Notes: a model not told the origin generated them from the letters alone. Counted from the first letter of the stretch, positions 42,576 to 52,442 are shown. The stretch: DNA of 64,000 nt from an uncultured bacterium (GCA_949297805.1 CASFTG010000002.1:15871-79870); one strand, 5' to 3'. Numbers and translations: made by a program.

Positions 42576-43774
42576 AAGGCCTCCGAAACAATGAGGGCGC
42601 TTATTAAGCACCAGGAAAGGTTATAGCCGCCGCAGTCGCCATCGACGTCTAAACACTCGCCGATGAAATAAACGCCCTCTTCCTTCTTACTGACCAATTC
42701 CGAAGTCACGTCCGATAGGCTCACGCCCCCGATGGTAACTTGGGAGGAAGCGAAGGGATAAAAACTATCGAAATCAAAAGAAAGATTCTTCAAAGCCTTG
42801 CAAAACCCTCTTATGTTAGAAGGATTCTTCAGTTGATTACGGACGTAAATCCCTAACGGATATTCAACCAAGGTATAGAGATAAGCCCCGGGGATGGGGT
42901 TGCTGTAAGCCAGGGCAAATAAATCGTCTTCGGTGTGGCTTGGGAATAAGTCGAGAGTTATCCGGAATTGATCGCCGCCAGCTCGAACCAAATGGCTGGA
43001 GAGATTGAAGATGACGATGCCCGAGAGGCCGTCCTCTTTAAATAGCACTTCCCCCGCTTCCTCGAAAATAAGTTGGTTATGGTTATCGTAAACTTTGACT
43101 AAGGCCGCATGGCGGACCCCCTTTAGCCCTTTGGTCTTCTGTTTAGTCTTAATTGGGACAAGGCCAGGCTTCAATGATTCAATCGTATAGCCGTGCTTTT
43201 TCAAGACGGGGAACAACGAGCCATCGCTTCCGAGGTTGCTTTGGCTTTGCCCCCCAAAGGCGAAGATCAAACGATCGTAATGATGGCTGCCTTTATCGGT
43301 CTTGATGGTCTCCTTCCCATAGTCAATAACCTTCTCATTAACATAAGCCTTGATGCCAAGCTTATTAGCCAACTCAATCAAATAACGGCAGAAAGATCCG
43401 GCTGAATAGGAAAGGGGATAAACCAAATCCCCCTTTCGGAGCAAAGGGATGCCTAACTTAGTTAAATAATCAGTTAAACGTTGATATGGAAAGCGTTCCA
43501 AATAACTACCCACCCGCTTCGAATGGGAGTAGCGTTCAGCCTTTAAATCAGCATTAAGCAAATTGCAGTGCCCATTCCCGGTGGCGTAGATCTTCTTGAG
43601 CAACCGGTCATTCTTCTCGATGACATAAACGGCATAGTCTGGATGTTTCTTTTTGATCGCGATCGCGGCATAGAGTCCGCTGATGGAGCCACCGATGATG
43701 CCGACGTTCATACTTCCCTTACCTTTGCCGTAATAGATTACCACTGCTCCGCCACCCTTTTTAGCCCTATTCAA
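42572..43774 (-). CDS. HI0933/BaiN-family NAD(P)/FAD-dependent flavoprotein
   Basis: 400 aa. GIIGGSISGLYAAIA Rossmann motif, then ATGNGHCNLLN (family hallmark GGRCN). Confidence 0.7.
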   Translation of the reverse strand: MNRAKKGGGAVVIYYGKGKGSMNVGIIGGSISGLYAAIAIKKKHPDYAVYVIEKNDRLLKKIYATGNGHCNLLNADLKAERYSHSKRVGSYLERFPYQRLTDYLTKLGIPLLRKGDLVYPLSYSAGSFCRYLIELANKLGIKAYVNEKVIDYGKETIKTDKGSHHYDRLIFAFGGQSQSNLGSDGSLFPVLKKHGYTIESLKPGLVPIKTKQKTKGLKGVRHAALVKVYDNHNQLIFEEAGEVLFKEDGLSGIVIFNLSSHLVRAGGDQFRITLDLFPSHTEDDLFALAYSNPIPGAYLYTLVEYPLGIYVRNQLKNPSNIRGFCKALKNLSFDFDSFYPFASSQVTIGGVSLSDVTSELVSKKEEGVYFIGECLDVDGDCGGYNLSWCLISALIVSEAL

Positions 43775-43812
43775 GTAAACTCGAACTGACTATACTTCCC
43801 TTCGGGAAAATC

Positions 43813-44304
43813 ATGATGGCCACCGTTAACGACATGCTCGCGGAAATCCGGGGCCATTACTCCAAAATGACCACCGAGCCCGACCGGGCTTTGACCTATC
43901 TAAAGCAGGTCTTGGCCCCGGAATTCATCTCTATCCAATCCGAATCACCTTACTTGGAAAAAGAAAAAGAGATAATCCTTAACCTGCCGGCCAATCGGAT
44001 GCTTATCGATTATCCGTCTTTATTCGCCTCAAAAACTTATACGAAAGACGATATCAATCTGCTTATCGAATTAGAGGACAGCATCCTTCGCCTAGTCGAT
44101 GCCTACCTCGGCATCAACCCCTATCGGAAGGAATTCGCCTCGGCTAAGTTCTTGCAGCACATCAAAGCCCGCCTGCTCGCCCCGATCCTTGAGGTCCAGC
44201 CGGAATGGATGGTGGCTTTTGGCTTAGCTAAAGATATCGAAGAAGCCAAAACAAAAGGCCAAGAGCATTACCCCTCAGCCTATTACGATTCATTAGAACG
44301 TTAA
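43813..44304 (+). CDS. Hypothetical protein
   Basis: 163-aa ORF, no recognisable motif. Confidence 0.4.
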   Translation: MMATVNDMLAEIRGHYSKMTTEPDRALTYLKQVLAPEFISIQSESPYLEKEKEIILNLPANRMLIDYPSLFASKTYTKDDINLLIELEDSILRLVDAYLGINPYRKEFASAKFLQHIKARLLAPILEVQPEWMVAFGLAKDIEEAKTKGQEHYPSAYYDSLER

Positions 44305-44672
44305 GAACGCTTTTCCAAGTCGGCAGTGATGGCTTGGAAGGTCTCCTCGCTTAAAACATGCTCAATTAAGCAGCAGTCATGTTCAGCCGTTTCCTCACTA
44401 ACGCCTAAAGACAATAAGTATTTTTTCAACACCCGGTGGCGATGCAAGACATTAGTCGCGACCGCCCTTCCTTTCTCGGTTAAGGCCATATCGCCATAAT
44501 CGATCCGGGTGATGAGCCCTTTATCGATCAATTCGTGGCCCATCTGATGAACCGCCGGTTTGCTGACGTGGAGGATAGCCGCCACCTTAGTTGTCTCTAA
44601 GGGGAGCTTTGCTTCTTCAAGCATCAGCAGGGCTTCTAAGAAGTCTTCTTGGGATTTGGTATAGGATTCCAT
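44301..44672 (-). CDS. DtxR/MntR-family metal-dependent transcriptional regulator
   Basis: 123 aa. N-terminal wHTH EDFLEALLMLEE...VAAILHVSKPAVHQM plus metal-binding helix. Confidence 0.7.
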   Translation of the reverse strand: MESYTKSQEDFLEALLMLEEAKLPLETTKVAAILHVSKPAVHQMGHELIDKGLITRIDYGDMALTEKGRAVATNVLHRHRVLKKYLLSLGVSEETAEHDCCLIEHVLSEETFQAITADLEKRS

Positions 44673-44703
44673 AACTCAATTGTTAAGCAGGATTATTGGA
44701 AAT

Positions 44704-45990
44704 TCAAGCAATAGACACCATCGAGGCGAAATCGGTGAAGGTTAAGAGATAAATGACTTCCTTACCATCGAGGACGAAAATCAATTCCATTGAAGTTAGA
44801 TGCTCGCCATCAAAACCAAGGGTGGCGTCATTGACGGTGATGGCCTTCCCGGCTAGGCTAGCGGTGAATTTGTCCTTGCCGCTATACGCATTCCCATCCA
44901 AGGCAAAATGGTCGTCGCAACCCACTAAGGAAGGAATCATCTCATCAATGGCGTCGGCCAGGGTGAAACCATCTGCGGTCGGCTCGGTCAATTCTTGATA
45001 ATGCGTCCCATCGACGATGTGCGATGTTTTGATTCCCTCATTGAAGTCATAATAGATTTGGATAACTTTCTCCCCTTCGTCGATGTAATAGAAAAAGGTG
45101 TCGCCAACGACATACAAATCAATCTCTTGTTCCTTTTCCTCATCCAGCCAAGTGCAATGCGCCGTAAAATCCCCATATTCCGAGACATCGACTAATTTGT
45201 CGAAGGCCGATGGTTCGACTTGATAACTCGGCAAATCGACGACGGTTTGATCAAAATCATTAAGTAAGACTATAAAGGAGTAGATGCTTTCCTCGGTTTC
45301 GTAACGGCCCCACATCCCCGTCACCCGGCCATCCTCAATCCGGGTCAGGACTTCGGTGAAGGTCTGGCCAGCCAAGGGCTCAAGATGATTGATCGGCATT
45401 AACCCGCTGAAATAGTAACGCTTCTCGGAACCGTTATAGGTCATGTCATCATATCCCTGCTTGAGGGGAAGGAAGAAATCGGATAGGTAATATTCCGGAT
45501 TGATTGTTTCCTCAAGCGGAACCCGGATGTAAGCATCACCCTTTTCCTCATAACGATAGGAAACGCCCTCCGCGGTTTCGTAATAGGTTTTATCCTCACC
45601 CTTCTCGACCATCGTCGCCCCGTCGTCAAAATAGTAGGTGGCAGAATCCTCTAAGATCGCCCGTTCCTCCGGTCCAGGAAAACTCTTGGTGAACAAGACG
45701 TCGATCGTAACATTGGAATATTGGTTATAATCGAAGCAATGGTCCCAGTCCTCTTGGCTCATCGTTTCCGAAGCCGGCTTCTCTTCGATGGTCGAGCTTT
45801 CCGAAGAAGAAGTGCTGGACGAGGAAGAGCTATCGGTCGAAGTCGGCGTCGATTCAACTGATGGTTCCGATTGACTCGGGGAAGCCGAAGACGACTCGAC
45901 CCCCGAACAAGATAGAAGGCTTAGGCTTAGAACGAACAAGGCAAACTGTTTCAAGGATATCTCCTCCAGGGGATTATATTGCTTTAGCAA
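44704..45990 (-). CDS. Lipoprotein with Ser-rich linker (hypothetical)
   Basis: Lipobox LLSCSG. Poly-Ser tract. Confidence 0.55.
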   Translation of the reverse strand: MLKQYNPLEEISLKQFALFVLSLSLLSCSGVESSSASPSQSEPSVESTPTSTDSSSSSSTSSSESSTIEEKPASETMSQEDWDHCFDYNQYSNVTIDVLFTKSFPGPEERAILEDSATYYFDDGATMVEKGEDKTYYETAEGVSYRYEEKGDAYIRVPLEETINPEYYLSDFFLPLKQGYDDMTYNGSEKRYYFSGLMPINHLEPLAGQTFTEVLTRIEDGRVTGMWGRYETEESIYSFIVLLNDFDQTVVDLPSYQVEPSAFDKLVDVSEYGDFTAHCTWLDEEKEQEIDLYVVGDTFFYYIDEGEKVIQIYYDFNEGIKTSHIVDGTHYQELTEPTADGFTLADAIDEMIPSLVGCDDHFALDGNAYSGKDKFTASLAGKAITVNDATLGFDGEHLTSMELIFVLDGKEVIYLLTFTDFASMVSIA

Positions 45991-46016
45991 TAGGCAATGA
46001 ATAAAATGCGCGTGTT

Positions 46017-46505
46017 ATGAAAAAACTCATCTTCGTCTGCGGTCCCGCCGCCATCGGCAAATCGACCTTCTCGGCCAAATACGCTAGAGAACATCCTGAC
46101 GAGGAAGTAATCGTCATCGCCGCCGACGAAGTGCGGAAAGAGAAATACGGGGGCTATGACCAGTTCCCGCCCGGAATGAACATGATGGTCGTCTATGACG
46201 AGATGATCCGTCGGGCGGCCGAACTTCGTGACAACAAAGACTCGGTCACCATCATCTTCGACACCACGATGCTTTATGACGAAAGGCGGCTTTATTTCCG
46301 GCGCCACCTGCCCGGTTTCGACCGTTATTTATTGATCCTATTGAAACTCCACGACTATAAAGTCTGCCTCCAACGGAACCATCAACGGCCGAAGGAGAAA
46401 TGGGTCCCCGACAATGTCATCCTCGACATGGCCGCCCATTATGAAAATCCGAGTGAGGAATGCAAAAAGCATTTCGACTACGTCGGCGAGATCTACGTCG
46501 ATTAA
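46017..46505 (+). CDS. AAA_33-type P-loop kinase-like ATP-binding protein (paralog of 21789..22313)
   Basis: 162 aa. Walker A GPAAIGKST. Confidence 0.6.
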   Translation: MKKLIFVCGPAAIGKSTFSAKYAREHPDEEVIVIAADEVRKEKYGGYDQFPPGMNMMVVYDEMIRRAAELRDNKDSVTIIFDTTMLYDERRLYFRRHLPGFDRYLLILLKLHDYKVCLQRNHQRPKEKWVPDNVILDMAAHYENPSEECKKHFDYVGEIYVD

Positions 46506-47038
46506 GCCTGCTTCTTATAAAGGATGAATTTCCTCGTCAAATAATTGAAAACGGTGTTGAAGCCAGTCTTTAAGACGAAGACGATGGTATAAGCCACGAA
46601 AATATTAATGTCCGAACTAAATAGACTGGAGAAATCGATGGCGAGGATATTGATGTTTAACCCTGACCACTGCAAACAGGTCATATAGCCTAAGAATTGG
46701 ATGATCGAGGCCCCTAACAAGCCTAAGAAAGCCCAGAAGGTGAACTTCAACGCACCTTTTAGTGATTTGTTCTCGGCCTCGTTTTGATAATCCCGGAAAG
46801 CCCAAACCGAAGAAAGGCTCCAGGTCGCGGGAGTGGATACCACAAAGCCGATAATTGAGATAAAGAACTGGACGAAGAAGGCGACGATGATGCCGGCACC
46901 GGCGATCCAGGAAGAAAATATCGAGGTGCACCAAACCTCGACGACATAATCGATCAAAGTCCCATAGACGCCGACGACTAAGAAGCGGATCAGTTCAGTC
47001 CAAAACCCCTTATCCTTAAGGAAAGACAACTTAGCCAT
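46502..47038 (-). CDS. GtrA-family membrane protein
   Basis: 178 aa. LIRFLVVGVYGTLIDY N-terminal GtrA-like motif, 4 TM. Confidence 0.5.
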   Translation of the reverse strand: MAKLSFLKDKGFWTELIRFLVVGVYGTLIDYVVEVWCTSIFSSWIAGAGIIVAFFVQFFISIIGFVVSTPATWSLSSVWAFRDYQNEAENKSLKGALKFTFWAFLGLLGASIIQFLGYMTCLQWSGLNINILAIDFSSLFSSDINIFVAYTIVFVLKTGFNTVFNYLTRKFILYKKQA

Positions 47039-47040
47039 AA

Positions 47041-47280
47041 TTACTTAACGTTCTTAGTCCCGGCTTTCTTCTGCTTTTGGATCTTGCCAGCCTTCGCCCC
47101 TTTGGAAGCGTGCACTAGGACGATGCCGCCTTGATTGCCGGCGACCGCGTCCCCATAGGCGATGGCTTCTTCTTTGGTCTTGAACAGTTTGATGACCTTC
47201 TCCCCACCGGCGAACTTGATGGTCCATTTGCCATCCTCTTTCCGTTTGGAGATGTGGTATACCTTAGTGGATTCCGCCAT
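47041..47280 (-). CDS. Small DUF2188-like protein
   Basis: 79 aa, YHISKRKEDGKWTIKFAGGEKVIKLFKTKEEAIAYGDAVA pattern. Confidence 0.4.
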   Translation of the reverse strand: MAESTKVYHISKRKEDGKWTIKFAGGEKVIKLFKTKEEAIAYGDAVAGNQGGIVLVHASKGAKAGKIQKQKKAGTKNVK

Positions 47281-47296
47281 TGTTTTCCCTCCGAGC

Positions 47297-49408
47297 TTAT
47301 TCTAACCCATCGATGGTTTTTTCCATCAGCGAAACATCGGCGTCCGATGGCATCCGCCAATCGCCCCGAGGGGAGATGGCGACCGAGCCGACCTTCGGCC
47401 CATCGGGCAGGCAGTTCCGCTTGAACTGGTTATGGTAGAAACGGACGATGAATTTCTTCAGCCAATGCTTGATGGTCTTTTTGTCGTAAACCCCTTCATA
47501 AGCCTGCTTAGCAATGAAATAGAGCTTCGGCATCCGATAACGGAAGCGAAGGAAATGGTAAATGAAGAAATCGTTAAGTTCATATGGCCCAACGGTATCC
47601 TCGGTCTTCTGGGCGATGACCCCGTCCTTGGTCGGGAGGAGTTCAGGTGAGATTGGGGTATCGATAATATCCAATAACGAGGAGGCAGCCTCGGGATGCA
47701 TCTTGGCATATCCTAAGCAAAGATAACGGACCAAGGTCTTGGGGATCGAGGCATTGACCCCGTACATCGACATATGGTCGCCCCCATAAGTGCACCAGCC
47801 TAAGCAAAGTTCTGATAAGTCCCCCGTCCCGATCATCAGCGACCCTTCGTCATTGGCGATATCCATCAACACCTGGGTTCTTTCCCGGGCCTGGGCGTTT
47901 TCGTAGGCCACGTTATGGTTATTCTCGTCATGGCCGATATCTTTTAAGTGGGAACGAAGGGTGTCCTTGATGGATATTTCGCGGAAGGAAACCCCTAGTT
48001 CCTTAGCCAGGTTCATCGCATTGTCATGGGTCCTTTGGCTGGTCCCGAAGGCCGGAAGGGTAATCGCGGTCACGTTCGTCAAAGGGAGGTTGAGTTTCTT
48101 AAACGCCTCGACCGCGACTAGTAAAGCTAAGGTCGAATCGAGGCCGCCGCTTAAACCGACGATAGCTTTTTGGCAGTGGATCGCCTGCAGCCGATTAGCT
48201 AAACCCGCCACCTGCATCGACAGCACTTCCTTCACCCGGTCGATATCGACTTCCTTCTCTTCCGGGATAAACGGGTTCCGGGCGTAATGCCGGAGAGTTT
48301 TCTTTGGAGTCTCCAACTTTAAAGAGAAATAGACTTTAGCGAATTTCTTATTGTCGCCGAGGCTATTCATCTTCCGCCGCTCAGCCAGGAGTTTCTCAAT
48401 GTCGATATCGGCGGTCGCGTCTTCAAAAGCGAAGAGTTTGCTCTCATTTAAGATCGCCCCGTTCTCGGCGATGATGTTATGGGCGGAATAGACGCAGTCG
48501 GTGGTCGATTCCCCTTGCCCGGCATCGGAATAGACGTAGGCGCTCATTAACTTGGCGGAGGTCATCCGGACCAAATCCGACCGATAGGACGCCTTCCCGA
48601 CCGTCTCGTTGGAAGCCGAGAGATTTAAGATCAAAGTGGCGCCGGCTAAAGACAAATCGATCGAAGGGGAGGAAGGAACCCAGAGGTCCTCACAGATCTC
48701 GATCCCGATCTGGAGTTCCGGATAACGGGAATCGAGGAAAGTGACCCGGTTACCGAATAACACCCCTTCGCCCCCAAGATAAACCATCTCGTTCGGGCCA
48801 TCATAACCATGGAAATAACGCTTCTCATAAAATTCCTGGTAATTGGGGATGGCTCTCTTGGGGACTAGTCCCAGGATATGACCATGGCAAATAAAAGCCG
48901 CGACGTTATAAAGCCGGTGCCCATATTGAAAAGGCAAACCGACGGCGAAAGCCACATCGATCGTCGAGGAGAATTGCTTTAAGTCCAATAAGCCGCTTAG
49001 GCAAGCAGAAAGCAAAGTATCATCTAAAAAGAGGTCACCGCAGGTATAGCCAGAAAGGCCAAGCTCATGAAAGCAGGCGACCTTGACCCCGTCCGTTTGA
49101 CATTGAAGCAAGGATTTCTTTATTTCGTTTACATTGGACTCGACGTTCGAAAGGTGAATCGGGATGGCGCAGGACCGGACCCGAACGAACCCCAAAGGAT
49201 CGTCGTGATACATCGGATCGACCTGGCCGATTTCGGCATGGTCGAGATTATCGTTTCCCTTCCCCGAAAGCTGTTCATAGAGGTCCTCGCTCATGATGAC
49301 CATCGATTCCTGGCCGTTTTTGCTGATATGGATTGGTGAGGGGGAATCGCTGACTAAACCCTCAAGGCTATTGGTATCGCGGAGGGCGGTAATCGGTAAT
49401 ATTTTCAT
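47297..49408 (-). CDS. nadE: Glutamine-dependent NAD+ synthetase (CN-hydrolase plus NAD synthase domains) with in-frame N-terminal YefM/Phd-antitoxin-like region
   Basis: NAD synthase PP-loop VGLSGGLDSTL and nitrilase domain. ATG at 49408 begins MKILPITALRDTNSL...SKNGQESMVIMSEDLYEQLSGKG. No stop before NadE Met at 49213. The track's longer ORF uses a TTG start. Confidence 0.8.
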   Translation of the reverse strand: MKILPITALRDTNSLEGLVSDSPSPIHISKNGQESMVIMSEDLYEQLSGKGNDNLDHAEIGQVDPMYHDDPLGFVRVRSCAIPIHLSNVESNVNEIKKSLLQCQTDGVKVACFHELGLSGYTCGDLFLDDTLLSACLSGLLDLKQFSSTIDVAFAVGLPFQYGHRLYNVAAFICHGHILGLVPKRAIPNYQEFYEKRYFHGYDGPNEMVYLGGEGVLFGNRVTFLDSRYPELQIGIEICEDLWVPSSPSIDLSLAGATLILNLSASNETVGKASYRSDLVRMTSAKLMSAYVYSDAGQGESTTDCVYSAHNIIAENGAILNESKLFAFEDATADIDIEKLLAERRKMNSLGDNKKFAKVYFSLKLETPKKTLRHYARNPFIPEEKEVDIDRVKEVLSMQVAGLANRLQAIHCQKAIVGLSGGLDSTLALLVAVEAFKKLNLPLTNVTAITLPAFGTSQRTHDNAMNLAKELGVSFREISIKDTLRSHLKDIGHDENNHNVAYENAQARERTQVLMDIANDEGSLMIGTGDLSELCLGWCTYGGDHMSMYGVNASIPKTLVRYLCLGYAKMHPEAASSLLDIIDTPISPELLPTKDGVIAQKTEDTVGPYELNDFFIYHFLRFRYRMPKLYFIAKQAYEGVYDKKTIKHWLKKFIVRFYHNQFKRNCLPDGPKVGSVAISPRGDWRMPSDADVSLMEKTIDGLE

Positions 49409-49450
49409 AACGACAAAATAATAGCACTTTAATGTCAGGACGCCTAACTG

Positions 49451-50374
49451 TTGCCTCTTATTCGGCAAAAAGAGAATAATGACCGCATGCGCCAAGGATA
49501 CGCCATCGTCAACCAGTATCGCCTCTATTCCGGGGTGAAGAACTTCTATTCCCGCCTAAAGGAAGAATTGGCCAAACTCGATATCAAATTACTTCTTTGC
49601 CGAACCGGGGAAGCCGGATTGGCTATTCAAGATAACGGAAAGGTAACCAGCCAATTAGGGCCGGCTGATTTCATCGTCTTCTTAGATAAAGACCGTTATG
49701 CCGCCTATGGGCTAGAGAAGATGGGGTATCGTCTCTTCAACTCCGCCCGATCGATCGAACTTTGCGATGACAAGATGGCGACCTACCTTGCCTTGGTTAA
49801 TCAAGGGATCCCGATGCCTTATACCGTGACCCCACCGCTAGATTACGTCGAGCAGGAAAACGATGAAGATTATCTATCCGCCATCGCTAATCAACTAGGC
49901 TATCCTTTGATTGCCAAACTCAATTATGGTTCCCTCGGGAATAACGTGTTTTTATTGCAAAACCTAACTGAACTAAAAGAATTCGATAAACAACATCTCC
50001 GCTTGCCCCGCCTTTACCAGCGGTTCATCGTTAGCTCGGCCGGGATGGATTATCGGCTCATTTACGTCGGGGGTGAATTCGTCGCCGGCATGAAACGAGT
50101 TAACCCCTTTGACTTCCGAAGCAACGTCGCCCAAGGAGGACACGGAGAGAAAGTCGATATCCTCGATTCTTATATCAAACTCGGAAAACGGTGCGTCGAC
50201 CTCCTCGGCCTTGATTACGCCGGGGTCGATATACTTATTGGTCAACAGGGCGAACCGATCGTCTGCGAGGTGAATTCCAATGCCTTCATCGAAGGGATTG
50301 AGAAGACCACCGGGATCAACGTCGCCAAAGAGTATGCCCTTTATATCAAGAAGACCATCTATGGACATCGATGA
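49451..50374 (+). CDS. ATP-grasp enzyme, RimK-like alpha-L-glutamate ligase family
   Basis: 307-aa ATP-grasp fold. Alternative start at 49487. Confidence 0.65.
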   Translation: MPLIRQKENNDRMRQGYAIVNQYRLYSGVKNFYSRLKEELAKLDIKLLLCRTGEAGLAIQDNGKVTSQLGPADFIVFLDKDRYAAYGLEKMGYRLFNSARSIELCDDKMATYLALVNQGIPMPYTVTPPLDYVEQENDEDYLSAIANQLGYPLIAKLNYGSLGNNVFLLQNLTELKEFDKQHLRLPRLYQRFIVSSAGMDYRLIYVGGEFVAGMKRVNPFDFRSNVAQGGHGEKVDILDSYIKLGKRCVDLLGLDYAGVDILIGQQGEPIVCEVNSNAFIEGIEKTTGINVAKEYALYIKKTIYGHR

Positions 50375-51290
50375 GAAAGTAAGAATCAAGATCAACGGAA
50401 TCAAACAAGCCGGTCACCTCTTAGGGAAGAAAGGACAGAGCGCCCTCCTCTTCGTCCATGGGGGTCCGGGCAATCCGAATCGGCATAAAATCGTCGATAA
50501 ACTTAGCCATTTAGCTAAGTATTTCCTGCTCTGCGCCTATGACCAACGGGGGACCGGGGGATCGTATCATCCTTTGATGAAGGATTCGGCTTTTTCCGTC
50601 GATTGCTTCGTCGGCGATATCCGGGGTTGGGCGGAATACCTCAAATCCCATTATCAGGTTCAGAACGTCATCCTGATCGGCGAATCCTGGGGCTCTTATA
50701 TTGGAAGTTTAGCGGTTCGGAAATACCCTTCCCTTTTCTATGCTTACGTCGGCTATGGCCAATTGGTCAACATGACGAAGACAGCCATGACCCAATACGC
50801 CTTATTGAAGAAAAAGCTCCAAGGGGAGAAGTTAAAGGATCTCGAAACCATCGCCCCGCCGAAAGAAGGGAAGTTCGCCTCCGACGAAGACGCCTCGTTA
50901 TTCTATTCGCTTCTTTATCCTGCCTTCGAACCCGAGGATTATCCAAGTTATAAACAACGGGAAATCATCCCTTTCTTTAAATCGAAGGAATACACCATCC
51001 GCGATAAACTCGGCTGGAAGTATGGGGTCAAGCGAACCAATAAAGCATTAGGTGAAGAAACCGGATGGCGTTTAGACGACGATCCCCGATTCGGAATCCC
51101 CTATTACGTCTTCCAAGGGGTCAATGACTTCATCTGCCCTTATGACCTAGCCAAGAATTTCTTAGAAAACCAAGTAAAAGCCCCGAAGAAGGGATTCTTT
51201 TCCTTTGAACATTCAGGCCATCTTCCGGCCTTTGAGGAGCCGGAGCTCTTTATCCAGCGTGTATTGGAACTATTCAACGATCTTCTGTAA
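50361..51290 (+). CDS. Alpha/beta hydrolase (proline iminopeptidase-like)
   Basis: HGGPGNP oxyanion region, nucleophile elbow GESWGS. ATG at 50361 overlaps the upstream gene. Confidence 0.7.
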   Translation: MDIDEKVRIKINGIKQAGHLLGKKGQSALLFVHGGPGNPNRHKIVDKLSHLAKYFLLCAYDQRGTGGSYHPLMKDSAFSVDCFVGDIRGWAEYLKSHYQVQNVILIGESWGSYIGSLAVRKYPSLFYAYVGYGQLVNMTKTAMTQYALLKKKLQGEKLKDLETIAPPKEGKFASDEDASLFYSLLYPAFEPEDYPSYKQREIIPFFKSKEYTIRDKLGWKYGVKRTNKALGEETGWRLDDDPRFGIPYYVFQGVNDFICPYDLAKNFLENQVKAPKKGFFSFEHSGHLPAFEEPELFIQRVLELFNDLL

Positions 51291-52364
51291 GGAATCGCCG
51301 GCTTCGAAGTAGGAAGCAGTCGAGACGATATGACGATCGCTATCGTGGCTAAGGACCCGCATCGCGTCAGCCGGCGACATCCAATAGGCGTCTTGGACCT
51401 CGTTTAACTGGAGTTTGAACTTCTCCTCCTCGGTTTGGGCGACGAAGAAGACCACTTCCTTGATCACCCCATCAAAAGGAGAGTAGACGATCGACTGACG
51501 GAACCCGGACATAATGGAGGCGTTGATTCCTAACTCTTCCTTTATCTCCCTTAAAGCCGTCATCTCTTCCGAGGTGTCAGTCGGCTCAACATGGCCTTTG
51601 GGGATTGAATAATGGCCAACGGCCATATGCTCAACGCAGACTTTGCCTTTATGGAACAAGACTGCCCCGCAGCTCTTTTCCTGTTTGCCTAACAAAGAGG
51701 AAAGGCCTTTGATCTCATCCTCGCTTAAGCCAATGGCCTCAAAGTAGCCATCTAAGGTCTCGTAACGGTTAAAGAACATCTCTAGGAACCGGTCGAGGTA
51801 AAACTCATCGGGGACGATGATGAAAGGCGGGATTGAAGTCAAACCTTCCTTAACCCGCTTCTCCATATCGTGAAGGTAGGCAAAAGAAGCCAAATAATCG
51901 GCGTTGATATCATCGATGTCAACCCCGTTGGCCAATAGAAGCAATAAGGCGAAGACCCCGGTCCGATCCTTCCCGGCGTTGCAATGGATAACGGTCGGCT
52001 TGGGGGCGTTTAGGATAGCTTGGAATATCTTCCTTGCCGAATATGGTTCCTCCACCATCTCCATATAGGATAAGACCTGATCGTCTTGATCGATCGGGAT
52101 CCGGCCGGCCCCGTTGACCGGCAAGGAAATCAATTTAGCCCCCAGTAAGGCCAACTCTGGTTTATCGGTTTTCGCGGGCTCGTCGCGTAAATCGATGATG
52201 GAGGCCAAGTGGAGCGATTCGAGTTTCTTGATATCGTCCTCGTCAGCGTCCGATAACCGACACGAGCGGTAGACCACATTATAGGAAGTGGTCCCATAAC
52301 GGCATTCATAGCCACCTAAATCACGGAAGTTAAGAATCCGGTGAAACTTAATACGTCTTTTCAT
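51270..52364 (-). CDS. Fusion protein: tyrosine/dual-specificity phosphatase domain (CX5R) plus NUDIX hydrolase domain
   Basis: HCNAGKDRTG P-loop in N-half. NUDIX box GHYSIPKGHVEPTDTSEEMTALREIKEELG in C-half. Confidence 0.75.
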   Translation of the reverse strand: MKRRIKFHRILNFRDLGGYECRYGTTSYNVVYRSCRLSDADEDDIKKLESLHLASIIDLRDEPAKTDKPELALLGAKLISLPVNGAGRIPIDQDDQVLSYMEMVEEPYSARKIFQAILNAPKPTVIHCNAGKDRTGVFALLLLLANGVDIDDINADYLASFAYLHDMEKRVKEGLTSIPPFIIVPDEFYLDRFLEMFFNRYETLDGYFEAIGLSEDEIKGLSSLLGKQEKSCGAVLFHKGKVCVEHMAVGHYSIPKGHVEPTDTSEEMTALREIKEELGINASIMSGFRQSIVYSPFDGVIKEVVFFVAQTEEEKFKLQLNEVQDAYWMSPADAMRVLSHDSDRHIVSTASYFEAGDSLQKIVE

Positions 52365-52442
52365 AACCGGGGCATTGTACTCTAGTTGCCCAAATAAAGA
52401 AAACGCCCCCGGAAGGAGGCGTCATCTTCGTCAGTAGGCTGT

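Noticed and set aside
49409-49495. Longer nadE ORF starting at 49495.
   Set aside because: That start is a TTG chosen by the ORF caller. The first ATG with sensible context is at 49408, and the extra N-terminal residues have no homology.
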